Notes: a model not told the origin generated them from the letters alone. A stretch of 64,000 nucleotides of DNA from Bacteroidota bacterium (GCA_038528235.1 JBCBEX010000002.1:44914-108913); one strand, 5' to 3'; counted from the stretch's first letter, positions 46,183 through 58,002 are shown. A program made the numbers and translations.

Positions 46183-46379
46183 CGGGCGCAGAGGTGGGGG
46201 AGCGGAACGGAGCCGTACAAGTAAACGGCCCGCGACAACCGCAGACGTTACGCGAGTGTTACCGGCCTTGCTGCGGGAGCGAATTACCGCACGATTTACA
46301 CTGGATCGCAGTTCATCGCGTCGGCCTAGCTCCACCTGCCTCTTCTTTCCCCCGTTTTTTGGTGTCCCCTCGCCCGGCT

Positions 46380-46859
46380 GTGTCTTCGTTCCGCCATGCC
46401 ACCGCTGCCGACCTGCCCGCACTCGCCGCGCTCTACCGTGACGCCGTGCTCGCTGCTGGACCGATTGCCTATACCCCAGCGCAGGTCGCCGCCTGGGCCG
46501 CGTTTGCCGACGAGCCAGCGTTTGAGGCGTTCATTCTCGGCCCGGAGACGCTCGTCGCTGAGGACGAGACGGGGCCGACGGGTTTTGCCGGATGGCGGCC
46601 CGACGGACACGTCGCCTCGCTCTACGTGCGGCCCGACTGGACGCGCCGAGGCCTAGGCCTGCGCCTCCTCGCCGCCGTGATCGAGCGGGCACGGGCTGCG
46701 GGCGTCGCTCGCCTGTACTCCGAGGCGAGCGTCTTCAGCCGCCCGGTCTTCGAACGCGCAGGCTTCCGGCGCACCGGCACCGAGGTGGTCGAGCGGCGCG
46801 GCGCCACCTTCACGCGCTACCTTGTCGCGCTCGACCTCACGCCCCCACGCTCGCCGTGA
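46380..46859 (+). CDS. GNAT-family N-acetyltransferase
   Basis: LYVRPDWTRRGLGLRLLAAVIERA is acetyl-CoA binding motif A. GTG start at 46380 chosen by eye. Confidence 0.65.
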   Translation: MSSFRHATAADLPALAALYRDAVLAAGPIAYTPAQVAAWAAFADEPAFEAFILGPETLVAEDETGPTGFAGWRPDGHVASLYVRPDWTRRGLGLRLLAAVIERARAAGVARLYSEASVFSRPVFERAGFRRTGTEVVERRGATFTRYLVALDLTPPRSP

Positions 46860-47419
46860 CCACCCAACTACTGTTCACGCTTCTCGTGCTCGCCATCGCG
46901 GCCCAGCGCATCGCGGAGGTGCGGCTGAGCAAGCGCCACGAGGCGACGCTGCGCGCCGAGGGCGGCTACGAGGTCGGCCACGCGCACTTCCGCTGGATGC
47001 AAGCACTGCACACGTCGTGGTTTGTGGTGATGCTCGCCGAGGTCTGGCTCCTCGACCGCCCGTTCATTCCGTGGCTTTTCGGCGTCGCACTCGCAGTCAC
47101 GCTGCTCGGGCAGACGCTCCGCTATGCCGCGATCCGCACGCTCGGCGATCGGTGGACGGTGACGATCTGGGTCCTCCCGGACGCGCCCCCAGTGACGGGC
47201 GGCATCTACCGCTACGTGCGCCACCCCAACTACCTCGGCGTCATCCTCGAACTCGTGGCCGTGCCGCTGCTACACACGGCCTGGCTGACTGCGCTCGTGT
47301 GGTCCCTGCTCAACGCCTGGATGCTGCGCGTCCGCATCCGCGCCGAAGAAGCCGCGCTGGAGGACGCCAACCAGTACACCGAGTCGTTCGGCGGGACGAG
47401 CCGCTTTCTTCCTAGCTGA
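46856..47419 (+). CDS. isoprenylcysteine carboxyl methyltransferase (ICMT) family membrane protein
   Basis: GTGA overlap with the GNAT stop. GGIYRYVRHPNYLGVILE signature, multi-TM. Confidence 0.7.
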   Translation: MTTQLLFTLLVLAIAAQRIAEVRLSKRHEATLRAEGGYEVGHAHFRWMQALHTSWFVVMLAEVWLLDRPFIPWLFGVALAVTLLGQTLRYAAIRTLGDRWTVTIWVLPDAPPVTGGIYRYVRHPNYLGVILELVAVPLLHTAWLTALVWSLLNAWMLRVRIRAEEAALEDANQYTESFGGTSRFLPS

Positions 47420-47509
47420 CCGCGCTGACCCATCGTAGTGTGGCGAGCGCATGAAATGCGAGTCCCCCACGGAACGAAGGCAGCGAGCCTGTCATATTTT
47501 CTAGCCCTT

Positions 47510-47582
47510 GCCGCGTTCGTCTAGGGGTCCAGGACGCCGGCCTCTCACGCCGGTAACACGGGTTCAAATCCCGTACGCGGTA
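47510..47582 (+). tRNA. tRNA-Glu (anticodon CUC)
   Basis: Hand-folded cloverleaf. Acceptor GCCGCGT/ACGCGGT (G1-U72), anticodon arm CCGGC-CUCUCAC-GCCGG, T-arm ACGGG-TTCAAAT-CCCGT. Close to the canonical tRNA-Glu body TCGTCTAGGGGTCCAGGAC. CCA is not encoded. Confidence 0.85.
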
Positions 47583-47589
47583 CTCCTGA

Positions 47590-47626
47590 AACGCCGTCGC
47601 ACCTTTCGTGCGGCGGCGTTTTTCGT
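47590..47626 (+). terminator. rho-independent terminator after tRNA-Glu
   Basis: 13-bp stem AACGCCGTCGCAC / GTGCGGCGGCGTT (one G-U), loop CTTTC, then TTTTCG. Confidence 0.8.
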
Positions 47627-47686
47627 GTGGTGAGCGGCACACCGGGGTAAGTTTGCCCCGCCGACTCACCTGCTCGGACCGCCCTC

Positions 47687-50254
47687 ATGCCCGACAACCG
47701 CTGGCAGCTTCTGGAGCGACTCCTCGACGAGGCCGCCTCGCTCGCCCCGTCGGAGCGGGCGGCGTATCTGGACGCGGCCTGCCCGGATGCAGGGCTACGC
47801 GCCGAGGTCGAGTCGCTGCTCGCCGCCGAGGAAGACGCAGGCGGCTTTTTCTCCGACCTCGGTGGCGCCATCGCCGAGGGTGGTGCGATGCAGGCAGCGC
47901 TCACCGAAACGCTCGTAGGCACCCAGATCGGGCGCTGGCACGTCGACGCCTCGCTCGGCCAGGGCGGCATGGGTACGGTCTATCGCGTCACGCGTGCCGA
48001 CGGCGTCGTGGAGCAGACCGCCGCGCTGAAGCTGCTCGACTCGATCCGCCCGGACGTGGTGGCTCGCTTTGCGCAGGAGCGGCAGATCCTCGCCCGGCTG
48101 GACCACCCCGGCCTCGCTCGTCTCCTCGACGGCGGGGCGACGGCGGAGGGGCGACCCTACCTCGTCATGGAGTACGTGGACGGGGTGCCGATCACCGACT
48201 ACGCGGCCGCGCACCGGCTCAGCGTCGAGGCGCGCGTGGCGCTGATGGCCGAGGTCTGCGAGGCCGTGCAGGCCGCGCACCAGCGGCTCGTGGTCCACCG
48301 CGACCTCAAGCCGTCGAACATCTTTGTCCAGGCGACGGACACCGACCATTCCAGCGGCCATGACACGCCGACGCGTACCCCTGTCGCCCGCGTGAAGCTG
48401 CTCGACTTCGGCATCGCCAAGCTCCTCGCCGACGACGACGCGGCGCTGCGCACGCAGACCGAGCAGCGCCTCCTCACGCCCGCCTACGCCGCCCCCGAGC
48501 AACTCGACGGCGGCACGATCTCGACGGCTACCGACGTCTACGCGCTCGGCGTGGTGCTCTACGAACTGCTCACTGGCCAGCGTCCGTTCGAGGCCGCGAC
48601 GCCGAGCGCTCTGGCTGTAGCCCAGTTGCAGAGCGACGCCCGCCGCCCCAGCACCGTCACCGCAACCGGCTCCGACGCACGCCTTGCCGAGGTTGGCCTT
48701 CCCGGCGTGCAGCCGCTCCGCCGTGCGCTCCGCGGCGACCTCGACGCGATCTGCCTGAAGGCGCTCCGCCGCGATCCCAACGCCCGCTATCCGTCGGTCG
48801 AGGCCTTTCACGACGACCTACTGCGCACCCTCGACGGGCGCCCGGTAGCAGCGCGCGACGGCGCGACAGCGTACCGAGTCGGGCGCTTCGTGCGACGGCA
48901 CGCGCTCGCGGTGTCGTTCGCCGCGGTGGCGGTGCTCGCGCTCGTGGGCGGGCTGGGCGTCGCCCTGTGGCAGGCGCAGGTCGCCGCGTCGGAAGCGGAG
49001 ACTGCGCGGGAGCAGGCCCGCCGTGCCGAGGCTACCGTCGCGTTCATGACGGGACTCTTCGAGAGCGTCGGGCCTGAGGAGGCACGGGGGCGCGCGCTGG
49101 CGCCCGCCGACCTCGTCGCCCGCGGCCGCGCCCAGATCGATGCGCTCGACACGCAGCCCAGCGTCCAGGGCGAACTGCTCGCCGTGATGGGCCGCCTCTA
49201 CCAGAGCCTCGGCCTCTACGCCGCCGCCGACTCGCTCCACACCGAGGCGCTCGCCCTCCGCCGCAGGCTCCTCGGCCCCGAGCACCCGGACGTGGCCGAG
49301 AGCCTCTTCGACCGCGCCGCCGCGCTGTTCATCCTCCGCGACTTCAGCGCCGCCGACTCGCTCCACCGCCGCGCCTACGCGCTTCGTGCCGCGCAGCTTG
49401 CGCCGGAGGACCCACGCCTGCTGGAGAGCATCGTCGCCCTCGCCACGAGTGCGTCCAACTTCTACGACCACGCTCGCGCCGACTCACTCTACACGGCGGC
49501 GCTGGAACGGTGGGACGGCCCAACCTGGGAGCGGCACCCCGTCCGCCTGAGCGCGCTCGTGGGCCGCGCAACGCTCCTGCTCGACGAGCAGCGCCCCGCC
49601 GATGCGGAGCAACTTTTCCGCTCCGCGCTCCCGCTGCTCACCGAGACACGCGGGGCCGACCATCCCGACGTGGCCGACGTGCACTACAACCTCGGCGAGG
49701 CGCTTGCGGCCCAGGACCGCAACCTGGAGGCACTGGAGGCCCACCGCCGCGCGCTCGACCTCTACCGCCACCTCCACGGCGACGCGCACGACCTCGTTGC
49801 GACGAGCCTCTATCGCCTTGCTGGGATCGAGGAACGCACCGGCGGCCTGGCAGCCGCGGAGACCCACTACCAGGAGGCCGCAGCCGTCTACGCGGAGACC
49901 CTTGGCCGGGACCACCCCTGGTCTGCGTACCCGCTCATCGCCCTCGCCCGGCTCCTCCAGCGCGAGGAGCGACTCGCCGATGCCCTTGCCGCTCTCAACG
50001 AAGCCCGCACGATCTACCGCGCCGCCGACCTGGACCACCCCGACAGCCGCATGGCGACGCTCGATCTGCAAGCCGGGCGCGTGCTCCACGAACTCGGGCA
50101 GCACCGAGAGGCCCGAGTTCGCCTCGCCGCCAGCCAACGCAGCTACCGCGCGCAGCTCGCGGACGCCCAATCGGACGCCGACACCGCCGCCATCGCTCAA
50201 GTCCAAGCCCGGCTCGACGCCATCGAGACGCGACTCGCCGCGCTCCCGGAGTAG
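47687..50254 (+). CDS. serine/threonine protein kinase with TM segment and TPR repeats
   Basis: Motifs HRDLKPSNIF and DFGIAKL. TM segment ALAVSFAAVAVLALVGGLGVALW, then a long TPR-like C-terminus. Confidence 0.85.
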   Translation: MPDNRWQLLERLLDEAASLAPSERAAYLDAACPDAGLRAEVESLLAAEEDAGGFFSDLGGAIAEGGAMQAALTETLVGTQIGRWHVDASLGQGGMGTVYRVTRADGVVEQTAALKLLDSIRPDVVARFAQERQILARLDHPGLARLLDGGATAEGRPYLVMEYVDGVPITDYAAAHRLSVEARVALMAEVCEAVQAAHQRLVVHRDLKPSNIFVQATDTDHSSGHDTPTRTPVARVKLLDFGIAKLLADDDAALRTQTEQRLLTPAYAAPEQLDGGTISTATDVYALGVVLYELLTGQRPFEAATPSALAVAQLQSDARRPSTVTATGSDARLAEVGLPGVQPLRRALRGDLDAICLKALRRDPNARYPSVEAFHDDLLRTLDGRPVAARDGATAYRVGRFVRRHALAVSFAAVAVLALVGGLGVALWQAQVAASEAETAREQARRAEATVAFMTGLFESVGPEEARGRALAPADLVARGRAQIDALDTQPSVQGELLAVMGRLYQSLGLYAAADSLHTEALALRRRLLGPEHPDVAESLFDRAAALFILRDFSAADSLHRRAYALRAAQLAPEDPRLLESIVALATSASNFYDHARADSLYTAALERWDGPTWERHPVRLSALVGRATLLLDEQRPADAEQLFRSALPLLTETRGADHPDVADVHYNLGEALAAQDRNLEALEAHRRALDLYRHLHGDAHDLVATSLYRLAGIEERTGGLAAAETHYQEAAAVYAETLGRDHPWSAYPLIALARLLQREERLADALAALNEARTIYRAADLDHPDSRMATLDLQAGRVLHELGQHREARVRLAASQRSYRAQLADAQSDADTAAIAQVQARLDAIETRLAALPE

Positions 50255-50292
50255 GAACGCGGCGAGCCCGCGGCGGTCGTCGTTCGGTACGC

Positions 50293-51036
50293 TCAGTCGT
50301 TATCGCGGGGCGGCTCGCACTTGCAGCCAGTGCGCGGGCACCTCGGCTTTGCGAGGGTACCGAACGTGCGCAGCGTGACGTCGAGGCGCGCGGCGGGTCC
50401 CCGGCACGACTCGCAGGTCACGAACTGCAGGGCCAGCACCGACTGCCTGCGGTTTGTCACGGAAGACTCGACGGCGAAGTAGGCGTTGGGATAGTAGGTC
50501 GGGACAGCTACCTGCGCCGCGCCAGGCTCCGGTGGCGGCGGGCAACGGCGGGCAAAGTCAAAGCCGTCGGATGCCTTCGCGTAGAGGTCGGCCTCCGCCG
50601 CTGCCACACCGAGCGCGACGAGGTCGAGGCCGTGCTCACTGGCGAGCGCGTCGGCCTGCTCGCTCAGGATCAGGCATGCCTCCGCCCCCTTGCCGAGGTC
50701 AGCGCAGAAGGCTTCACGGGCCGCTTGGAGGTCGATCTCTTGGGCGTAGGCTCCCGGCACGAAGTGCGCAAGCAGTACCGGTCCGCGCACCTCTGCCGCT
50801 GCGTACTGTAGGTCGTAGTAGAACGCTTCCGCTTCGGCGCTCCCGTTCAGGTCGTCGGCCGTTGCCGCGAGCGGGTCGCCGCCTGCGCTGGCCACCGTCG
50901 TCACAGCATCAGGGCCCACAGGCACTGCGTCCGCGTCGAGTTGTGCTAGCTCGCAGCCGACGAGGCTCAGGGCTATGAGCGCCACAGCCCAGACATACGA
51001 GGCGGGGGAGAAACGAATCGAGGGCATGGCTTTCAC
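50293..51036 (-). CDS. putative lipoprotein, function unknown
   Basis: Signal/lipobox SYVWAVALIALSLVGC. Several Cys residues near the C-terminus. Confidence 0.5.
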   Translation of the reverse strand: MKAMPSIRFSPASYVWAVALIALSLVGCELAQLDADAVPVGPDAVTTVASAGGDPLAATADDLNGSAEAEAFYYDLQYAAAEVRGPVLLAHFVPGAYAQEIDLQAAREAFCADLGKGAEACLILSEQADALASEHGLDLVALGVAAAEADLYAKASDGFDFARRCPPPPEPGAAQVAVPTYYPNAYFAVESSVTNRRQSVLALQFVTCESCRGPAARLDVTLRTFGTLAKPRCPRTGCKCEPPRDND

Positions 51037-51150
51037 CAGAGGGGGCTACGAAAACGAAAAGGACAGGGACACAGCCGCTCTCCACCTCCATCACGCAACG
51101 CGTCCTCGTCTGGGATCAGCCGGGTCCGACTTTTCTCGCGGTCGCCCTCG

Positions 51151-52695
<1,545 letters not shown>

Positions 52696-53036
52696 GAGGG
52701 GACGTGGCTAGAACGCACCGCCAGGATGAGACGAGCGGGAGCGCAGGGTGGTAGTTCGGCTCGGGGCAGGTCACCGTCGAGGTAGACCGTCCCGACTCGT
52801 TTAGACACCTCGGCACCACGGATCTAACTCCTCGGGGGACCATGCTGTCTTAGAAGGCGCAACCGGCGGCACGTGCGTGTGCGGGGTGGACGCCGCGAAG
52901 GACGTAGCTCACCGAGCCAGCCTGCGCGTGACGTCCCTGGGTGGGGCCTCCAATCTACGACTGAGCCCTCTGCTTTCAGCCAGAGCCCTGCGCGCGCAAT
53001 TCCGATCTATCGAACAGATCTAGCGAGAACGATCAC

Positions 53037-54215
53037 CTATGCGGGTCTGTCCAGCCGCACTTGGAACCGCGCGCCGCCGCCCGGAGCGTCGAGCACCGCC
53101 ACATCGCCGCCCCACGCCTTCACCGCGATGCGGCAGAAATAGAGGCCAAGTCCTGCTTTGCCAGGGCGACCGCCGACCTGGCTGAACGCCTGGAAGAGGA
53201 ACGGGCGGACGCTCTCTGGCACGCCCGGGCCCGCATCGTCGACGGTGAGCCACACGGTCTCGGCGTCGCGGCGTAGGGTCACGGTGGCTCCTTCATCGGC
53301 CGGCGTGTAGCGTAGGGCGTTGTCCAGCAGGTTGTAGACGACCCGTTCGAGGCGGTTCTCCTCGGCCACGACGAGACAGGGTTCGTCTACCCCCACCATG
53401 GCGAGCGCCTGCTGCCGCGTCCGCGCTCGCGGCCCCAGTGCCTCGACGACGCGGCGTACGACGAGCGCCGCGTCGCACGCCAGGCCCGTGCGGTCAGCGG
53501 CAGGGTTAAACGCATCCACCTCCGCGCGGAACACGTCCAGAATAGAGCGGATCATCTCGCGCATACGGTCGGCCTGCCGCAGCGCGATGGTGAGGAGTTG
53601 CTGCGTCGCCTCCGGTTCAGTTGCGCCGGCCTTGAGGTCGTCGTCGAGGAGTTGGAGCGCGCCGCGCACGCTCCCGAGCGGGTTGCCGAGGTCGTGAACG
53701 ATGCAGTGCAGCAGCACCTCGCGGCGCTCGATCTCCCGCTGGATCCGCTGGCGGTCAAGCGCTTCCTGACGGGCCGACTGGAAGACCTGCTGCATGCCCG
53801 CGAAGTCGAGCGCCGGCGGTCCGATCAGCAGCAGTGCCCGGCCGTCGAGCGTGAGCGCCATCGCTTCGAGCGGCCGCTCGCGCCCGTCCGGGGCCGTCTC
53901 CGTCCACGGACCCGACCGGAGCGGTTGGGCCAAGCCCGCCGCCCAGTGCGCCTCGGCGTCCAGCAGGAAGTTCTCCAGAAACAGCGAACGCGCCGCCAAG
54001 TCGAGGCCGCTGCCTGGACGTCCAGGATCGCCGAAGAAGGCATCGAACCACTCCGGCGGCAACCCCAGTCGAATGAACAGGCCGTCGAATCGCTCCAGAA
54101 GCGCCAGGTCCAGGCTCGCAGGTAGGGCGCGGGGAAGCGGTCGGGGCAGTGGCGATTCCTGAAGCATAGCGGGGCGGCTGTAGACGCGCCGAGGCTGAAT
54201 GAGGACAGGGCGCAT
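53037..54215 (-). CDS. sensor histidine kinase (cytoplasmic, novel N-terminal domain)
   Basis: H-box HCIVHDLGNPL and HATPase_c blocks (DNALRYTP, DDAGPGV, GLGLYF). Start at ATG 54215 or 54167. No TM segment seen. Confidence 0.7.
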   Translation of the reverse strand: MRPVLIQPRRVYSRPAMLQESPLPRPLPRALPASLDLALLERFDGLFIRLGLPPEWFDAFFGDPGRPGSGLDLAARSLFLENFLLDAEAHWAAGLAQPLRSGPWTETAPDGRERPLEAMALTLDGRALLLIGPPALDFAGMQQVFQSARQEALDRQRIQREIERREVLLHCIVHDLGNPLGSVRGALQLLDDDLKAGATEPEATQQLLTIALRQADRMREMIRSILDVFRAEVDAFNPAADRTGLACDAALVVRRVVEALGPRARTRQQALAMVGVDEPCLVVAEENRLERVVYNLLDNALRYTPADEGATVTLRRDAETVWLTVDDAGPGVPESVRPFLFQAFSQVGGRPGKAGLGLYFCRIAVKAWGGDVAVLDAPGGGARFQVRLDRPA

Positions 54216-54265
54216 CGTCGCAGCGAGCACGGCGTCGCAGCGCGCATGGGCCCGCGTGGTGGTGG

Positions 54266-54760
54266 CTAGCCGAGCATGCGCGCGGCGAGGTCGTGGAACG
54301 CCGCCTCCACGCCCTCGGCGCTCTTCGCGCTGGTGCGACGCACCTCGTGTCCGGCCGCCTCCAGGGAGGCCATGCGCGCGTCGTCGAGTGACCACTCGGT
54401 GACGAGGTCGGCCTTGTTGAGCAGCATCAAGTAGGGCACGGCCCCGGTGACCCTCTGCGCCCGCTCGTGCAGATCGAGGGCGTAGTCGAGCGTGGTGGGG
54501 CGCGTGCCGTCTGCCACCAGGAGGTAGCCCGCCGACCCACGCAGGTAGGACATTTGCAGCTTCTGGAAGGAGTCTTCCCCGTTGAGATCCCACACCATGA
54601 GTTCGACCCGCGCCTCGCCGAGCAGCACGGCCTTCTTGTCGATCTTGACGCCCAGCGTGGTGAGGTACTCGTCTGAGAAGATGCCCCGGACGAAACGGCG
54701 CGCGAGGCTGGTCTTGCCAACCGCCGACGTTCCGAGCAGGCAGAGTTTCTTGCGGATCAT
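54266..54760 (-). CDS. Ras/Rab-like small GTPase
   Basis: Motifs G1 GTSAVGKT, G3 WDLNGED, G4 NKAD and G5 TSAK. 164 aa, collinear with eukaryotic Rab by eye. Confidence 0.75.
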   Translation of the reverse strand: MIRKKLCLLGTSAVGKTSLARRFVRGIFSDEYLTTLGVKIDKKAVLLGEARVELMVWDLNGEDSFQKLQMSYLRGSAGYLLVADGTRPTTLDYALDLHERAQRVTGAVPYLMLLNKADLVTEWSLDDARMASLEAAGHEVRRTSAKSAEGVEAAFHDLAARMLG

Positions 54761-54808
54761 GCTGCAAGCTACGCCGCACCGTCGCTCTGCGCGTGGCGCC
54801 GGGCGTTC

Positions 54809-55657
54809 TTACCGGCGCTGCTGCGGTGGCGCCGCGTTGAAGGGGACCGGCCACACGTAGAGCACCTCGACGGTGTCGTTGGCCACTTTCCCTGGCTCGA
54901 AGCGTAGCGCGCCGATCGCCGTCAGCACATTTTCGTTGAGACCGCCGGGCAGCCCGATCAGGATCTCGCCGCACGTGGGGACGCCCTCCTCGCTGAGGAT
55001 GAACCGGGAGAAGACCGTGCCCTGCACCTTGGCGCCGCGCAGCGCGGGCGGATAGTCGAGCAGCTCGGTGTAGAACTGCTGGATCGCCATCTCGCGCGTG
55101 GGGAGCAGCGAGGGCGACGTCTCGGGGACGGCGATGACGCTGTTGCCGTTGTCGGCCAGGCTGCCGCCTTCGTCGCGGACGCCCTCGGGGCAGGCGAGCC
55201 CTGTCGCCTGCGGCACGATGCGCGCGGGTCCGGACGCCGTGAACGGCGTGTCCTCGCGGTACTCCCCGCCTAGCTCGACGAGCAGGTCCGCGTAGGCCTT
55301 CCCCAGCCGAGCGGCGATGCCGGCCGCGTCGAAATACGACGGGCGGTCGACGAATTCGCCGAAGCGCACGAGCGAGCCGTCGGTGTGGGGCACGATCTGG
55401 ACGAGCAGCCGGTCGCTCGGCGTCTCAGTCGCGAGCGTGTCTGCCACGACGATGGCTTTGTTGAACAGGACGGCGTCCGCCATCTCCGCGAGGTCGTCCG
55501 GCGCGGCCTCGTAGACCGCTTCGAGATAGACGGGGTAGCCCTGGAAGCGCCCGCCTTGGTCTTCGGTGTCCGCGCCACCGTTTGTAGACGCGCACCCGAC
55601 CATCACGAGAGGGAGCGCGAGCGCGCAGGCAAGACGAACCAATGACGGGAGTCGCAT
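54809..55657 (-). CDS. lipoprotein with TonB-C-terminal-like domain
   Basis: The internal ATG at 55657 gives MRLPSLVRLACALALPLVMVGC. The C-terminal segment YPPALRGAKVQGTVFSRFILSEEGVP...RFEPGK resembles the TonB_C fold pattern. Confidence 0.5.
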   Translation of the reverse strand: MRLPSLVRLACALALPLVMVGCASTNGGADTEDQGGRFQGYPVYLEAVYEAAPDDLAEMADAVLFNKAIVVADTLATETPSDRLLVQIVPHTDGSLVRFGEFVDRPSYFDAAGIAARLGKAYADLLVELGGEYREDTPFTASGPARIVPQATGLACPEGVRDEGGSLADNGNSVIAVPETSPSLLPTREMAIQQFYTELLDYPPALRGAKVQGTVFSRFILSEEGVPTCGEILIGLPGGLNENVLTAIGALRFEPGKVANDTVEVLYVWPVPFNAAPPQQRR

Positions 55658-56092
55658 AGACACGGGACGATCAGATTGAGCGGTGGAGGAGACGAGATAC
55701 CACGGTGCCGCCGAGAGAACGGACAACGGCACGGCGGTCGTGGGGCAAAAAGGTAGCACCCTCGATGTTTGTGGGAGGTTCGAGAACCCCACGGCACTTA
55801 ACACTGTTATCTGGCTTACGGTCTCTACCCTTCCTACGATGCTTCCTCGGTTCGCCACGGCGCTTCGCCACCTCCGTCCGCTCCATCATCCGCTCCAGGC
55901 ATTGCGGCAGGTCGCCACGTGGCCGGGCCGCCGCCTCGTCGCCCTGCTAGCCGTACCCCTGCCGCCGCTCGACCTCCGCCCGCGCGACATCGACCGCGAG
56001 TTGCAGCGCCGCAACGTGCGCTACTACATCGGGCCGGACGTGCACGCGCTCACGCAATCGCCCTCGCCCAACTGAGAGGCCCGAAGACGACC

Positions 56093-56324
56093 CTAGAGCT
56101 TGTCATGGACTCTATAGTCTGGCTCGACCTCTCCATAATTGGTCGTCATTCCCGCGAAGGCGGGAATCCATGCGCTGGCGGGGCAAGGTGAGAACCCGCA
56201 TGGATTGGCTGCGCCGGCCTTCGGCTCCCGATCTGGGTCGGGAATGACTCTGGAGGGCGGTACTGAGCGTTGGAGACGTCGATTTTGAGCGCTGGGCACC
56301 GTTCTAGTTCATGACAGGCTCTAG
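56093..56324. mobile_element. MITE-like element with 15-bp terminal inverted repeats and nested internal palindromes
   Basis: IR-L is CTAGAGCTTGTCATG (56093..56107). IR-R is CATGACAGGCTCTAG (56310..56324), a 14/15 match. Internal hairpin ATTCCCGC-GAAG-GCGGGAAT. Partners GTCATTCCCG/CGGGAATGAC and AATCCATGCG/CGCATGGATT. Confidence 0.5.
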
Positions 56325-57703
56325 AGAAAGAGCACCGAGGCGATGGCGAAGTAGACGGCCAGCCCGAGGATGTCGTTCGAGACGGTGATGAACGGTCCCA
56401 TGGCCAGCGCGGGGTCGATGCCCGCCTTCGCCAACAGGAGCGGCACCGTCGCGCCGATGCCCGTGGCAATGATGACCACGAGGAAGAGCGAAAGCGCCAC
56501 CGTGGCTGCGAGCGCTCCCCCTGCCCCCTCGGCGAAGCCTGGCAGCACCAGTACGGCAACCCCGAGCACGATAGCCAGCACGACTCCGTTGAGCGTCGCC
56601 ACGACGAGTTCTTTCCCGAGGCGTCGGAGCAGGTCCGAGCCCCACAGATCGCCCGAGGCGAGCCCCTGCACGGCGATCGCGGCCGACTGGATGCCGGCGT
56701 TGCCCGCCATCGCCATCACGACCGGGATGAACACCGCGAGCACGGTCGCGCGCTCCAGGCTCCCCTCGAACCCCTTGATGACGAGTCCCGAGAGGAACGC
56801 GCCCACGAGGCCCAGCAGCAGCCAGCCAAGCCGCCCACGGGTGATCTGCAGCACCGACGCCGAGAGTTCCTCGTCGCCCGCGATGCCGCTGGCGCGCTGG
56901 AGGTCTTCCTCCGCCTCGTCGCGGATCACGTCCACGATATCGTCGATGGTGATGCGCCCCAGCAGCACGCCGTCCGCGGAGACGACCGGCAGCGCGATCA
57001 GGTCGTAGCGCTCCATGAGCCGCGCGACCTCTTCCTGGTCTTCGTCGGGCTCGGTGGTGACGATGTCCGTGATCATGAGGTCGCGCACCGGCCGCCCCTC
57101 GCGGGCGAGCAGGAGCCGCTTGAGCGGGACGATCCCCTGGAGCCGCCGCTGCGCATCTACGACATAGACGGCATAGACCTGGTCGACCTCCTCTGCACAC
57201 GCGCGCACCGCCTCCGTGGCCTCGGCGACCGTGGCGTCCTCGTTGACGACCACATAGTCGACCTCCATGAGGCCACCGGCTGTCTCCTCGTCGTAGCCGA
57301 GGAGGTGCTCCACCTCGGCCCGGTCTTCGAGCTGCGGCAGCACCCGCGCGAAGACGTCGGCGGGCAGGTCCGCGATCACGTCCGCCGCGTCGTCCGTATC
57401 GATCTCGTCGATGAGCGCCACCAGTTCGGCGGGCGAGACCTCGTCGAGAAGGTCAGCGCGGTAGGCCGACTCCAGTTCGGGGAGCACGAGGCCACCGCGC
57501 TCGGTGGGCAGCCATCCGAGGAGCGTCTGGCTCTGCTCAGGTGGCAGGTGGCTCATCAGCTGAGCGAGGTCAGCCGGGTGCAAGTCCACGGCCAATGTGC
57601 GCACCATGGCCGCCTGCCCATCCTCGATGAGCGCGCGCACGTTCTCGACGAGTTCCTCGTCGACATCGAGAGGCGCGTAGGTGAGATCGGCCGTATCGGG
57701 CAT
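56321..57703 (-). CDS. mgtE: magnesium transporter MgtE
   Basis: MgtE N-domain, tandem CBS region and C-terminal 5-TM domain, with the characteristic order and length (460 aa). Confidence 0.9.
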   Translation of the reverse strand: MPDTADLTYAPLDVDEELVENVRALIEDGQAAMVRTLAVDLHPADLAQLMSHLPPEQSQTLLGWLPTERGGLVLPELESAYRADLLDEVSPAELVALIDEIDTDDAADVIADLPADVFARVLPQLEDRAEVEHLLGYDEETAGGLMEVDYVVVNEDATVAEATEAVRACAEEVDQVYAVYVVDAQRRLQGIVPLKRLLLAREGRPVRDLMITDIVTTEPDEDQEEVARLMERYDLIALPVVSADGVLLGRITIDDIVDVIRDEAEEDLQRASGIAGDEELSASVLQITRGRLGWLLLGLVGAFLSGLVIKGFEGSLERATVLAVFIPVVMAMAGNAGIQSAAIAVQGLASGDLWGSDLLRRLGKELVVATLNGVVLAIVLGVAVLVLPGFAEGAGGALAATVALSLFLVVIIATGIGATVPLLLAKAGIDPALAMGPFITVSNDILGLAVYFAIASVLFL

Positions 57704-57975
57704 GGGCAGGCGAAGAGCGGTCAGCGGACGAGGCGGGAAGGGAGCCAGATTGAATGCGAGGCACGAGGATGGGTTCGTGACGAGCAGCCCCGCTCCGTGA
57801 ATGCCGTCTTGTGAATGTAGACTCGTTCCAAATTTCCCGTCCGGGGGCCAACCGCGAGGAAAAGCGTGGCTACAGTCCGGCCGCGGCTGTATCCTGCCGG
57901 GGTTGCGTCACCGATGCCATTCCCAGCGTCTTGCCAGTCGCCCTCTGATCGCATCCCCTAGCCCCACCCCAAAGC

Positions 57976-58002
57976 GGAGGCCCATTCGGGTCTCCGTTTT
58001 TT
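57976..58002 (+). terminator. orphan rho-independent terminator-like hairpin
   Basis: GGAGGCCC-ATTC-GGGTCTCC (8 bp, one G-U) followed by GTTTTTTGT. No plus-strand CDS lies upstream; it sits 65 nt before the LOG-family start. Confidence 0.45.

Noticed and set aside
52696-53036. A 340-nt spacer between the histidine kinase and the NtrC-type regulator, containing an AGATCT...AGATCT short palindrome.
   Set aside because: There is only a 5-bp stem and no T-tract or recognisable promoter or operator pattern.
55683-56075. 130-aa plus-strand ORF between the TonB-C-like lipoprotein gene and the MITE-like element.
   Set aside because: Arg/Pro/Leu-rich with no motif and no signal sequence. A shorter version from ATG 55839 is possible but unsupported, so it is left unannotated.
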